From contig CAYTDU010000003.1 of assembly GCA_964436395.1 (NCBI GenBank), forward strand, positions 1 through 33,313: a DNA stretch of 33,313 bases, read 5' to 3'. Position numbers and translations under genes: made by a program. This document shows, one piece after another, positions 1-8,011 of the stretch. How positions within the stretch are numbered: the stretch's first letter is position 1; every line of letters starts with the position of its first letter. Source of the stretch: an uncultured Gemmatimonadaceae bacterium. Its GTDB lineage: Bacteria > Gemmatimonadota > Gemmatimonadetes > Gemmatimonadales > GWC2-71-9. The notes below the pieces were generated by a model that worked only from the letters and a program-made list of their open reading frames with translations, did not search any database and was not told the origin of the DNA.

Positions 1-106
1 ATATTATCGAAAACCGACCTCATGCCGCCGCTGCCGCCTATCCCACCAATGCCGCACTCACTACCCGTGCTCAATACCCATTACTCGCTTTCAGCGCCAC
101 CACTCG

Positions 107-553
107 TCAGAAGATATTCAGATAGTAAGCAACAACCGTCGTCTCGTAATCCATTATCCAGCCGGTAATCGTGGAGTAGTGCATCCTGAAGTACCGCACA
201 CGATCTCCCACCGGCGGCGGACCTCCGTCCACCCGAATGTCCGCCCTTACCACAATATCGTCCAACGCACCGTGAGCCTTGATTGACCTGAAAGTCACCC
301 TATCCCGCGCGAGTATCTCGTTCGCCATGGCAGCGATTGCGGCGGAATCGTTCGCCTCGACCGATTGTTCGAGGCCTGGGAGTCCCTCAGAGATGTACTC
401 GCTTGTCAACCACAACTTGAGTTCGTCCGCTCCTTCCGTCGGCAGCGTTGCCCTGGCGCCCTGATAGCGGAACACGGCAAAGGCGCCTATTGCGACGAGT
501 ACGACAACTGCCTTCCAGCCGGTGATTCTGAGTTGGGGTTTGTCCTTGTCCAA
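107..553 (-). CDS. hypothetical membrane-anchored protein
   Basis: 148-aa ORF. The N-terminus MDKDKPQLRITGWKAVVVLVAIGAFAVF has a charged n-region followed by one hydrophobic helix. No catalytic motif recognised. Confidence 0.55.
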   Translation of the reverse strand: MDKDKPQLRITGWKAVVVLVAIGAFAVFRYQGARATLPTEGADELKLWLTSEYISEGLPGLEQSVEANDSAAIAAMANEILARDRVTFRSIKAHGALDDIVVRADIRVDGGPPPVGDRVRYFRMHYSTITGWIMDYETTVVAYYLNIF

Positions 554-601
554 GGAGCCCTCCAGTGGAGCAGATCATGTTAGAGCGCGGATGAAGATTG
601 G

Positions 602-640
602 GGGAAAAGGGAAGAGGTGCTCATTCGCTTCCCCTTTCCC
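602..640 (-). terminator. stem-loop between the adh stop and the next minus-strand gene
   Basis: 602-614 gggaaaagggaag pairs with 628-640 cttcccctttccc, giving 12 of 13 bp and a 13-nt loop. The A-C mismatch on the plus strand becomes a G.U pair in the minus-strand RNA. No U-tract follows. Confidence 0.45.
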
Positions 641-654
641 TCGTCCGCTTTTCC

Positions 655-1644
655 TCACCCCCCCACCACCAACACCGCCGCTCCCGACAATCTCCCTTCC
701 CTCAAGTCTTCCAGCGCCCCATTCGCCTGATTCAGTCGGTATGCAACTGTGTGTGTCTTCACTGGTACCTTGGGCGCAAGCGCCATGAACTCCTCCCCGT
801 CCCGCCTGGTCAGATTGGCCACCGAGCGAATGCTCCGCTCCATCCACAGGGTGTCGTACGAAAACGCCGGGATTTCGCTCATGTGGATGCCGGCGCACAC
901 GACCGTTCCGCCCGGAGCCACGGCCTTGAGCGCGGCCGGCACGAGCGGACCGACCGGAGCGAAAATGATGGCGGCGTCGAGTGGTTGTGGTGGAATTTCG
1001 GTGGATGACCCCGCCCAAACCGCTCCGAGCTCCCGCGCGAATCTCTGGGCTGCCTTATCGCCCTCCCTGGTGAACGCAAAGAGCTCCCGCCCCTCGTGGT
1101 GAGCGACCTGCGCCACAATGTGCGCCGCCGCTCCGAAGCCGTACAGGCCGAGTTTCTCCGCGTCACCCGCGGCCACGAGAGACCTGTGGCCGATGAGGCC
1201 CGCGCATAGCAAGGGGGCAGCCTCGAGGTCCGTGTATTGGTCGGCTATAGGAAACGCGAACCTCTCGTCGGCAACCGTCATCTCTGCAAAGCCCCCGTTG
1301 ATCTGGTATCCTGTGAACTTGGCGCTGCCGCAGAGGTTTTCTCGTTCGGATAAGCAGTATCGGCACTTCCCGCATGTCCACCCGAGCCACGGGACGCCAA
1401 CCCGGTCCCCTGGAGAATAGCGTTCGACCCCTTCCCCGACTTCGACGACCGTTCCCACGATTTCGTGGCCGAGAACGAGGGGCAGGTTGGGATTGGTGAG
1501 ATCTCCGTCATAGACGTGCAGGTCGGTGCGACACACCGCGCATGCACCAACTCGAAGCAGCACCTGGCCCGCCCCGGGGACAGGATCGGGCAGGTCTAGC
1601 TCCAGCAACGGCGATCCCACAGCCTGCAACACCATCGCTTTCAT
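655..1644 (-). CDS. zinc-dependent alcohol dehydrogenase (MDR family)
   Basis: 329 aa. Contains CAVCRTDLH, the GHEIVG catalytic-zinc motifs and the structural-zinc cluster CGKCRYCLSERENLC. An AAGGAAG RBS precedes the ATG, and the start lies 10 nt after the upstream gene's stop. Confidence 0.9.
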   Translation of the reverse strand: MKAMVLQAVGSPLLELDLPDPVPGAGQVLLRVGACAVCRTDLHVYDGDLTNPNLPLVLGHEIVGTVVEVGEGVERYSPGDRVGVPWLGWTCGKCRYCLSERENLCGSAKFTGYQINGGFAEMTVADERFAFPIADQYTDLEAAPLLCAGLIGHRSLVAAGDAEKLGLYGFGAAAHIVAQVAHHEGRELFAFTREGDKAAQRFARELGAVWAGSSTEIPPQPLDAAIIFAPVGPLVPAALKAVAPGGTVVCAGIHMSEIPAFSYDTLWMERSIRSVANLTRRDGEEFMALAPKVPVKTHTVAYRLNQANGALEDLREGRLSGAAVLVVGG

Positions 1645-1654
1645 TAGTCTTCCT

Positions 1655-2650
1655 TTAGCGTGCTCCGCCGAATTCTATTCTGGTTCCGGCGCGAGCCTCC
1701 CGCGCCTTTCGATATACGTGGCTTGCAACCGCGGCATCCTGAGCGGCGATACCGAGGGACTCAAATAGGGTGATTTCGTGATCGCTGGTGCGGCCGTTTA
1801 CCAAGCCTCCCAACACCTCGCCGATTTCTCCGACAATATGGTTGTCATCGATCGCGCCCTCCTGTTTGGGAATCAGGAAATCGCCGGCTTCATTCAATGT
1901 CGATTCGCGCCAGTCCACGAACAGCCGCGATCTGGCCACTGCCGCGGTGTCCAACTCTCTAGCGTTTGGCGCGCACGACCCCACGGCGTTCACGTGGGCG
2001 CCTGCGGAAATCCAGTCGCCGAGGACTACAGGTTCTCTCGATGTAGTGGTTGTACACACGATGTCCGCACCGTCGACGGCCTCTCGCGCGGTGTTCATTA
2101 CGTCGATTTGCGTCATGAGGCGCTGTGCCTCGCGGTGTGCGAAGGTTTTTGTGTGTTCCGGAGTCCTGCTCCAAACCCTCACCCTTCTGATGCCGCGTAC
2201 GCGACGCATCGCCTCGAGGTGATTCCGGGCCTGGACGCCGGATCCGATTAGGGCGAGATCTCCCGCGTCTCGACGAGCAAGCAGATCGGTGGCGGCGGCG
2301 GACGCGGCAGCAGTTCTGATGGCGGTAATCGCGCTCGCGTCGAGAATGCCAATGAGGCGTCCATTCTCCGGATCAAAAACCAGGACGGCCCCTTGGTGTG
2401 CATCGTAAGTGGTTCCAAGGTTGTCCGGATAAAAGGAGATGACTTTTGCGGCTAGGGTATCGGAAGATGCTATGTAACCGGGCATCATTGCCAATACCGC
2501 GCGCCTATCCGGTACCCTCATGACCTGCCGCAAAGGAAGAACAGCTTCGCCCTCAGCCATCGATTCGAAAACTTCACGCATGAGATCGATGCACTCATCC
2601 ATAGAGAGTAGATCTGCTATCTCGGTCTGGCTTATCACCAATAAGGACAT
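1655..2650 (-). CDS. ornithine cyclodeaminase / mu-crystallin family protein
   Basis: 331 aa with family-typical layout: an N-terminal region followed by the Rossmann segment LALIGSGVQARNHLEAM. Sits 11 nt downstream of the hslR stop. Confidence 0.85.
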   Translation of the reverse strand: MSLLVISQTEIADLLSMDECIDLMREVFESMAEGEAVLPLRQVMRVPDRRAVLAMMPGYIASSDTLAAKVISFYPDNLGTTYDAHQGAVLVFDPENGRLIGILDASAITAIRTAAASAAATDLLARRDAGDLALIGSGVQARNHLEAMRRVRGIRRVRVWSRTPEHTKTFAHREAQRLMTQIDVMNTAREAVDGADIVCTTTTSREPVVLGDWISAGAHVNAVGSCAPNARELDTAAVARSRLFVDWRESTLNEAGDFLIPKQEGAIDDNHIVGEIGEVLGGLVNGRTSDHEITLFESLGIAAQDAAVASHVYRKAREARAGTRIEFGGAR

Positions 2651-2661
2651 GGCACCCTCGA

Positions 2662-3063
2662 TTACCTGCGGCCTCTCTTGAACCTCTCAATGTCTCGGCG
2701 TTCGCGTTTCGTGGGGCGGCCTTTCGTACGAAACGACGTCTCCTGAATGGATTTGAGTTGAATCGCCGTCATTTCACGGTTATGGAGAGATTCGGCGGTT
2801 TCCTCATACAACGCCTGCGCGACCTTTGCGGGCCCGCGTTTCTCCGCCAGCCCGCGCACTACCACAAACTGCTCGAAAGGTCCCTTTCTGATCCGCACCT
2901 CATCACCAATGTGAACCGGTTTTGCCCGTTTCGCACGATGTCCGTTCAGTTGGATTTTGCCACCGTTGATCGCCTCGGAGGCGAGCGAGCGGGTCTTGAA
3001 GAACCGCGCTGCCCAGAGCCACTTGTCGAGGCGGACGCCTGAGGAGAGATCGGAGTCAGTCAT
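2662..3063 (-). CDS. hslR: ribosome-associated heat shock protein Hsp15 (S4 RNA-binding domain)
   Basis: 133 aa. RLDKWLWAARFFKTRSLA...NG...YEETAES...ERRDIERFKRG closely parallels E. coli HslR, which has the same length. Confidence 0.9.
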   Translation of the reverse strand: MTDSDLSSGVRLDKWLWAARFFKTRSLASEAINGGKIQLNGHRAKRAKPVHIGDEVRIRKGPFEQFVVVRGLAEKRGPAKVAQALYEETAESLHNREMTAIQLKSIQETSFRTKGRPTKRERRDIERFKRGRR

Positions 3064-3110
3064 TTGCTCGTTGAGGGGGATTAGATATCACGAAATGTAC
3101 TGATTTGAAC

Positions 3111-3217
3111 GGGAGCGGGGAGCAGGGAGCGGGGAGCAGGGAGAAGGGAGCGGTTGCACGCTGCGACCTGCTCGTTGTGCTTCCTTTTCGGCTCCCCGCT
3201 CCCCGCTCCCCGCTCCC
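3111..3217. repeat. 27-bp inverted repeat built from GGGGAGC/AGGGAGC heptamers
   Basis: 3111-3137 matches the reverse complement of 3191-3217 at 26 of 27 positions, with a 53-nt spacer. The single mismatch is a G.U pair in the minus-strand RNA. Heptamers continue to about 3153. The element lies between two minus-strand genes. Confidence 0.85.
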
Positions 3218-3234
3218 CAACCAACACCGGCGCG

Positions 3235-3975
3235 TCACTGCCGTCTGCGAACGATCCCCCCGTGCGTATCCTGATGTCTCAAGATCAAGCTGCGCATGTA
3301 GACGCCCACCTTGGAAGCACTCTCGAAGCCGGCTTCTCTCGCGGCAGCTTCTGTCTCTTCGGCGGTCATACCGGAACGCGCTGCGAAATGTTGCAGATCT
3401 CGGAAGATGCCGAGCGTGAAGTTATCCCAGGGTGCCCCGCTAACGCGCGTGAAGATCATGCGCTCCGGTCTTCCGGTTAACCGCTGATACACGTTTTCCA
3501 TCTCGCGCTCGTGGAACAGCTCGTCCTGCTTCCCCGGCAGGGCGATCATGATCTCGGTGTGGAAATAGCCACCGCTGTTCAAGATCTCGGTCATGGTTTC
3601 GAGCGGAGGGCCGAGTACGAAGAGGTCTTCTTGCCAGGAGGTTAGGTCACGTAAGCTCTTGCGGAACTCCTCGTCGGATACTCCGGATGCCTCTGCGGCA
3701 CGTGCACGTCGTGCCACGCGCTCTGGACTGTAGTAGTCGATGAAGCTGCCCATGGGGAACATGATCTGGAGATCCCAGTGGTCGCCCTGGGAATGGCGCA
3801 TCATGAATGGTGCCGGTTCGCCGGCCGCGTCGTAGAAACTCATCCTCGCCTGGTACACGTCGATAAGCTCTAGTATCTGGCCCGGTGCCGCCCGGACGAA
3901 ATGAGTTCGGTACAAGTATGAGGTGTCTGCCTGGACGGCGAATGAGAGTAGGGCTGCGGCGAGGAGCGCGTGCAT
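3235..3975 (-). CDS. hypothetical secreted protein with an internal two-fold repeat
   Basis: I prefer the internal ATG at 3975 because MHALLAAALLSFAVQA is a signal peptide and GGAGAA sits upstream. The two halves begin alike: YLYRTHFVRAAPGQ and YFHTEIMIALPGKQ. Confidence 0.65.
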   Translation of the reverse strand: MHALLAAALLSFAVQADTSYLYRTHFVRAAPGQILELIDVYQARMSFYDAAGEPAPFMMRHSQGDHWDLQIMFPMGSFIDYYSPERVARRARAAEASGVSDEEFRKSLRDLTSWQEDLFVLGPPLETMTEILNSGGYFHTEIMIALPGKQDELFHEREMENVYQRLTGRPERMIFTRVSGAPWDNFTLGIFRDLQHFAARSGMTAEETEAAAREAGFESASKVGVYMRSLILRHQDTHGGIVRRRQ

Positions 3976-4094
3976 GCTCGGTTCTCCAATGGTTTGCGTT
4001 GATTGAATTTCTGTTGGCGGGAAAGTGGGGTGGTGACGGGCGCGCCGCAAGTTCTCTGGAGCTGGAGGAGGAGCGCTAGAGGAGGGAGGGGTAC

Positions 4095-4131
4095 TTGGAC
4101 ATTAGAGATTCCTCGTTGGATATTGGACATT
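4095..4131 (+). promoter_or_regulatory. direct repeat TTGGACATT x2 in an AT-rich divergent promoter region
   Basis: Exact 9-mers at 4095-4103 and 4123-4131, with TTGGATA between them. TTGGACA resembles a -35 box, and GATATT lies 17 nt after the first copy. Confidence 0.35.
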
Positions 4132-4198
4132 GAACTGGTCTTTAAGCGTTTTACTCCGAAACAGTATCTAATTCCATGCCCAGTATACGAGGCATGGA

Positions 4199-4756
4199 GT
4201 GGAGTCCAGACTGTCAAACGAGCTCGAACTCAGTCCTGCTGAAGCGGACGCAATAGACGTCGAATTCGCCGTAAACGGCGACACGCTGGCGTTCGAACGG
4301 TTGTATCGGCGGCACATAGCCAAAGTGCACAGCCTGGCCCGATGGCTGCTCGGGCGGGACGACGTGGATGACGTGCTCCAGGATGTGTTCATCCGCGTTT
4401 GGCAGAAACTGGACACCTTCCGCGGCAGCTCAGCGTTCAGCACGTGGCTCCACCGTCTCGCCACGAATGTGATCCTGAGGAGGCGGGAGAAGCTCGGCAC
4501 GGAGGAGAAACGACACTCGGGATGCGAGTTTGAGCTGGCAGAGCGGGCGGCAGTGGGGAGCGATTCTGGTCTCAAGGTCGATATCGAGGCGGCCGTGGAT
4601 CGGCTTCCGACGAGAGCGAGACAAGTGTTCGTGCTGCACGACATGGAGGGGTTCAAGCATGAGGAGATCGCGAAGGAGTTGGAGATTTCGGTGGGTACAT
4701 CACGATCTCAGTTGCACCACGCGCGCATGGCACTGCGTTCGTACTTCGAGGCTTAG
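4199..4756 (+). CDS. ECF (sigma-70 family, group 4) RNA polymerase sigma factor
   Basis: 185 aa with a GTG start. Region 2 reads FERLYRRH...DDVLQDVFIRVW and region 4 reads LPTRARQVFVLHDMEGFKHEEIAKELEISVGTSRSQLHHAR. Confidence 0.9.
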   Translation: MESRLSNELELSPAEADAIDVEFAVNGDTLAFERLYRRHIAKVHSLARWLLGRDDVDDVLQDVFIRVWQKLDTFRGSSAFSTWLHRLATNVILRRREKLGTEEKRHSGCEFELAERAAVGSDSGLKVDIEAAVDRLPTRARQVFVLHDMEGFKHEEIAKELEISVGTSRSQLHHARMALRSYFEA

Positions 4757-4768
4757 GGGGATGAGACG

Positions 4769-5455
4769 ATGACAGACAGGTGGACAGATCGGCTATCCGC
4801 CTACCTAGATGGAGAACTCGACTCGGTTGACCGGGCGGCGCTCGAAGCACACCTGGACGAGTGCGAACAGTGCAACGCCATGCTCACGCAATTGCGCGGT
4901 GTGGTTGGTTGGGCGCAGGCGTACGAGGGAAGGGAACCGACGCGCGACGTCTGGCCGGAGATTGTAGGTGAAATCCGAAAATCTCCACGCGCTGTCATCA
5001 ACCTGGATACCGAGCGGGAGCAACGCGCTGCACGTAGGCGCTTCTCTGTCCCCCAGTTGATTGCGGCGGGAATCAGTCTGTTGGTGGTCGGGGCTGGTAG
5101 CTGGGTCGTCGCGCGATCCACTGTGCCGGAGGATCGTCTGGTTGCAGTCATGGATGTCTCTGCTCCGCCCGAGGGGGTTACCGTAGCGGCGGCAATTCAC
5201 GCAGCGCAGACTTACGGCCCGGCGATAGCCGACCTCGAAAGAGTCCTGCTTGAAGAAGAGAGTACTCTCGACACAGCCACCGTTCGCGTCCTGCGCGAGA
5301 AGCTCGCGATCATCGACCACGCAATGGCAGAGGCCCAAGAGGCGCTGGCACGAGATCCCAATAGCGGGTACCTAGTTGATCACTATACCGGCATGATGAA
5401 AAAGAAGTTGTCGGTGCTGCGAACAGTGGCGCGAAGGGCTCGAGCGCAGACTTGA
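4769..5455 (+). CDS. anti-sigma factor (zf-HC2 type, single-pass membrane)
   Basis: 228 aa. N-terminal YLDGELD...LEAHLDECEQCNAML motif and a TM helix LIAAGISLLVVGAGSWVVA. Starts 12 nt after the sigma gene. Confidence 0.85.
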   Translation: MTDRWTDRLSAYLDGELDSVDRAALEAHLDECEQCNAMLTQLRGVVGWAQAYEGREPTRDVWPEIVGEIRKSPRAVINLDTEREQRAARRRFSVPQLIAAGISLLVVGAGSWVVARSTVPEDRLVAVMDVSAPPEGVTVAAAIHAAQTYGPAIADLERVLLEEESTLDTATVRVLREKLAIIDHAMAEAQEALARDPNSGYLVDHYTGMMKKKLSVLRTVARRARAQT

Positions 5456-5564
5456 TGGACGAAGCGGGAGTCGCCACGGAATTTCGCGCACGTGCGCGGA
5501 GTGGCTTGTCAATGGGCTGGGGCGGTGCAGGGTGTTTGCAGGCGCACGCAGGGAGACCTAGGAA

Positions 5565-6437
5565 ATGATAACGAACATAGTTGCCGCGGCCCTATTATCG
5601 ATTGTTCTGGCACAAAATGCAGACACGACATTCGCCGTCGATCCCAATGCCACACTCGAGCTGACTAACCACGAAGGCTCGATTGTGATCCAGACTTGGT
5701 ACAGGGATGAGGTTAGTGTGCGAACGAACCGATCGTTCCGGGGAGCAGTTGAGGTCCGGCGCGATGGCGGCACCGTTCGAATCGGCGTTTCGCGACGGTA
5801 CTGGGACGACGATGATGACAACGTCGACTATCGACTCACGGTACCCGCGACGATGGCGCTCGACTTGCGGGGTTCCGACACCGACGTGCGCGTGGAAGGC
5901 ACGCGCGGCGAGCTGAGTATCGACGTACACGACGGTGACGTTATTGTGAGCGGCGGATCCGGACGTGTCTCGATCCGTACAGACGATGGGTTCATCGATG
6001 CGGAGGACATGCAAGGACGCATACGTCTCTCATCGATGGACGGAGACATCACTCTGTACGGTGCGTCGGGAGACATTGATGTTGAAGCGACAGATGGAGA
6101 GATCACTCTGCAAGAGATTGACGCATCCACAGTCGCAGCCAACACGGTTGATGGTGATATCTGGTTCGATGGAGTACTGTCACCCCGTGGTAGCTATCGG
6201 CTCACGACGCACGACGGTGACATAACCGTCCGGATTCCAGAGGATAGCGAAGCCCAGGTCAGAATGGCCCGACATGACGGTGAGTTCATTTCTGACTTCC
6301 CGATAACCATACAACGTTGGCCCGCGGGAAGGCGCATCGAATTCGATCTTGGAAATGGCGGAGCGGAACTCACGATTGAGGCATTCGATGGCGACATAGA
6401 ATTGCGCCACCGCGGAGTTAGACGCCGCAGACCGTAA
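5565..6437 (+). CDS. DUF4097-like beta-helical protein (putative adhesin family)
   Basis: 290 aa with an N-terminal signal or anchor. Reiterated DGD[IV] strands: HDGDVIVSG, MDGDITLYG, SGDIDVEA, TDGEITLQ, VDGDIWF, HDGDITVRIP, FDGDIELRH. Confidence 0.8.
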   Translation: MITNIVAAALLSIVLAQNADTTFAVDPNATLELTNHEGSIVIQTWYRDEVSVRTNRSFRGAVEVRRDGGTVRIGVSRRYWDDDDDNVDYRLTVPATMALDLRGSDTDVRVEGTRGELSIDVHDGDVIVSGGSGRVSIRTDDGFIDAEDMQGRIRLSSMDGDITLYGASGDIDVEATDGEITLQEIDASTVAANTVDGDIWFDGVLSPRGSYRLTTHDGDITVRIPEDSEAQVRMARHDGEFISDFPITIQRWPAGRRIEFDLGNGGAELTIEAFDGDIELRHRGVRRRRP

Positions 6438-6460
6438 CCGAAATTCCCTCGGAGAACACG

Positions 6461-6495
6461 AGCCCCGCATTACATTTGAAAACGCGGGGCTTTTT
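6461..6495 (+). terminator. rho-independent terminator
   Basis: agccccgc (6461-6468) pairs with gcggggct (6484-6491) and runs into ttttt (6491-6495). Located 24 nt after the DUF4097 stop. Confidence 0.75.
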
Positions 6496-6535
6496 AGCGC
6501 CCCGGGGTTTTACGGACTATTCGGCTTGAGGGACT

Positions 6536-8011
6536 ATGTTCGAGGACGAACGGAGAACCACAACCCCACCAACCGGCGACATGCCGGCTGATGATTTTCG
6601 CGCGTACGGCCACCAGCTCGTTGATTGGATCGCCGATTTCTTCGAGCGAATTGATGAGATACGGGTCACCCCGAAGGTCGAGCCCGGGTTCCTGAAGGCA
6701 GCACTGCCCGAGTCCGCGCCTTTGGAGGGTGAGAACATGGCGAACATCCTCCAGGATGTGGACCGCCTTATAATGCCCGGCATGACTCATTGGAATCATC
6801 CATCGTTTCACGCGTACTTCAACTCGAGCGGATCCGGACCCGGAGTATTGGGTGAGCTGCTCGGCTCGGCCTTCAACGTCAACTGCATGCTGTGGGAATC
6901 GTGTCCAGCTGGAACAGAGCTGGAAGAGGTGACGCTGGGGTGGCTACGAAAGCTGTTGGGGCTGCCACAGGACTTCTTGGGCATCGTGTACGATGGATCG
7001 TCGACCGGCAATCTCTGTGCGATTGCTGCAGCACGCACCCAACTCGGCCTGGACATTCGCGAGCAAGGACTCGCGGGACGAACGGAGGTGCCTCGGCTCA
7101 GGCTTTACACATCACGGGATGCTCACTCTTCGGTAGAAAAGGCCGCACTCACGCTCGGATTGGGAAGAGTGGGTGTTCGGAAGATCCCTGTGGGCAGTGC
7201 GTTCCGAATGCGCGCCGATCTTCTGAAAGAGGCGATCGAGGAAGATCGAGCGGACGGTTACCTGCCGTTCTGCGTCGTTGGTACAGTGGGCACGACGTCG
7301 ACAACCGCAATCGACCCTATCGCGAAAATAGCGGACATCTGCAAAGCGGAAGATCTCTGGCTGCACGTGGATGCGGCCTACGCAGGATCGGCTGCGTTGG
7401 TACCCGAGATGCGGCACGTGCTGGACGGTTGCGAACGAGCAGACTCTATCTCGCTGAGCACGCACAAATGGTTGTTCGTACCGCTGAATCTCTGCGCTTT
7501 CTACACGCGCAAACCAGGCGTTCTCAAAGAAGCGTTCAGCTTGATACCGGAGTATCTGAGAACTGCTCACGACGACGACGTGAAGAACTACATGGACTAC
7601 GGTATCGAACTGGGTCGCAGGTTTCGAGCGCTCAAACTCTGGTTTGTGCTTCGCTACTTCGGCGTCGATGGGCTCATTGAAAGGATACGCGAGCACATAC
7701 GGCTCGGTCAGCTCTTCGCCGAATGGATTGATGGCCACCGGGAATTCACGCGTATGGCACCAACGCCGCTCAGCACAGTCTGTTTCTGCGCCACTCCCAC
7801 AGGATATGTAAATGCCGAAAGCCTCAACTCACTGAACCGCAAGCTCATGGCTGCGGTGAACCGTTCAGGCAAGGCGTACTTAACCCACACCACGCTTGGC
7901 GACAGGTTGGTGCTCAGGTTTGTGGTCTCACATCTGCGGACGACAGAGGAGCACGTGAAGAAAGCCTGGGAGGTGATTCAGGAGAAGTTTGGAGAGGTGA
8001 GGGGAGGGTGA
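6536..8011 (+). CDS. group II pyridoxal-dependent decarboxylase (aromatic-L-amino-acid/tyrosine decarboxylase-like)
   Basis: 491 aa. Contains HWNHPSFHAYF, DAAYAGSA and the PLP-lysine motif SLSTHKWLFVP. Confidence 0.9.
   Translation: MFEDERRTTTPPTGDMPADDFRAYGHQLVDWIADFFERIDEIRVTPKVEPGFLKAALPESAPLEGENMANILQDVDRLIMPGMTHWNHPSFHAYFNSSGSGPGVLGELLGSAFNVNCMLWESCPAGTELEEVTLGWLRKLLGLPQDFLGIVYDGSSTGNLCAIAAARTQLGLDIREQGLAGRTEVPRLRLYTSRDAHSSVEKAALTLGLGRVGVRKIPVGSAFRMRADLLKEAIEEDRADGYLPFCVVGTVGTTSTTAIDPIAKIADICKAEDLWLHVDAAYAGSAALVPEMRHVLDGCERADSISLSTHKWLFVPLNLCAFYTRKPGVLKEAFSLIPEYLRTAHDDDVKNYMDYGIELGRRFRALKLWFVLRYFGVDGLIERIREHIRLGQLFAEWIDGHREFTRMAPTPLSTVCFCATPTGYVNAESLNSLNRKLMAAVNRSGKAYLTHTTLGDRLVLRFVVSHLRTTEEHVKKAWEVIQEKFGEVRGG

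Noticed and set aside
1-23. Possible minus-strand gene start at the left edge (ATG at 21-23, MRSVFDN...).
   Set aside because: Only 7 codons are visible, which is too little evidence.
575-1166. ORFs 575..1018(-), 598..1008(+), 749..1102(+) and 879..1166(-).
   Set aside because: They are Arg/Gly/Ser/Pro-rich shadow frames overlapping the well-supported alcohol dehydrogenase gene. This is typical of GC-rich DNA.
4132-4150. ECF-type promoter look-alike GAAC...CGTT upstream of the sigma gene.
   Set aside because: The spacer is only 11 nt, against about 16-17 nt in known ECF promoters.
6892-7738. ORFs 6892..7680(+) and 7112..7738(-), 262 and 208 aa.
   Set aside because: They lie entirely inside the decarboxylase gene in other frames, with Arg-rich, low-complexity translations.
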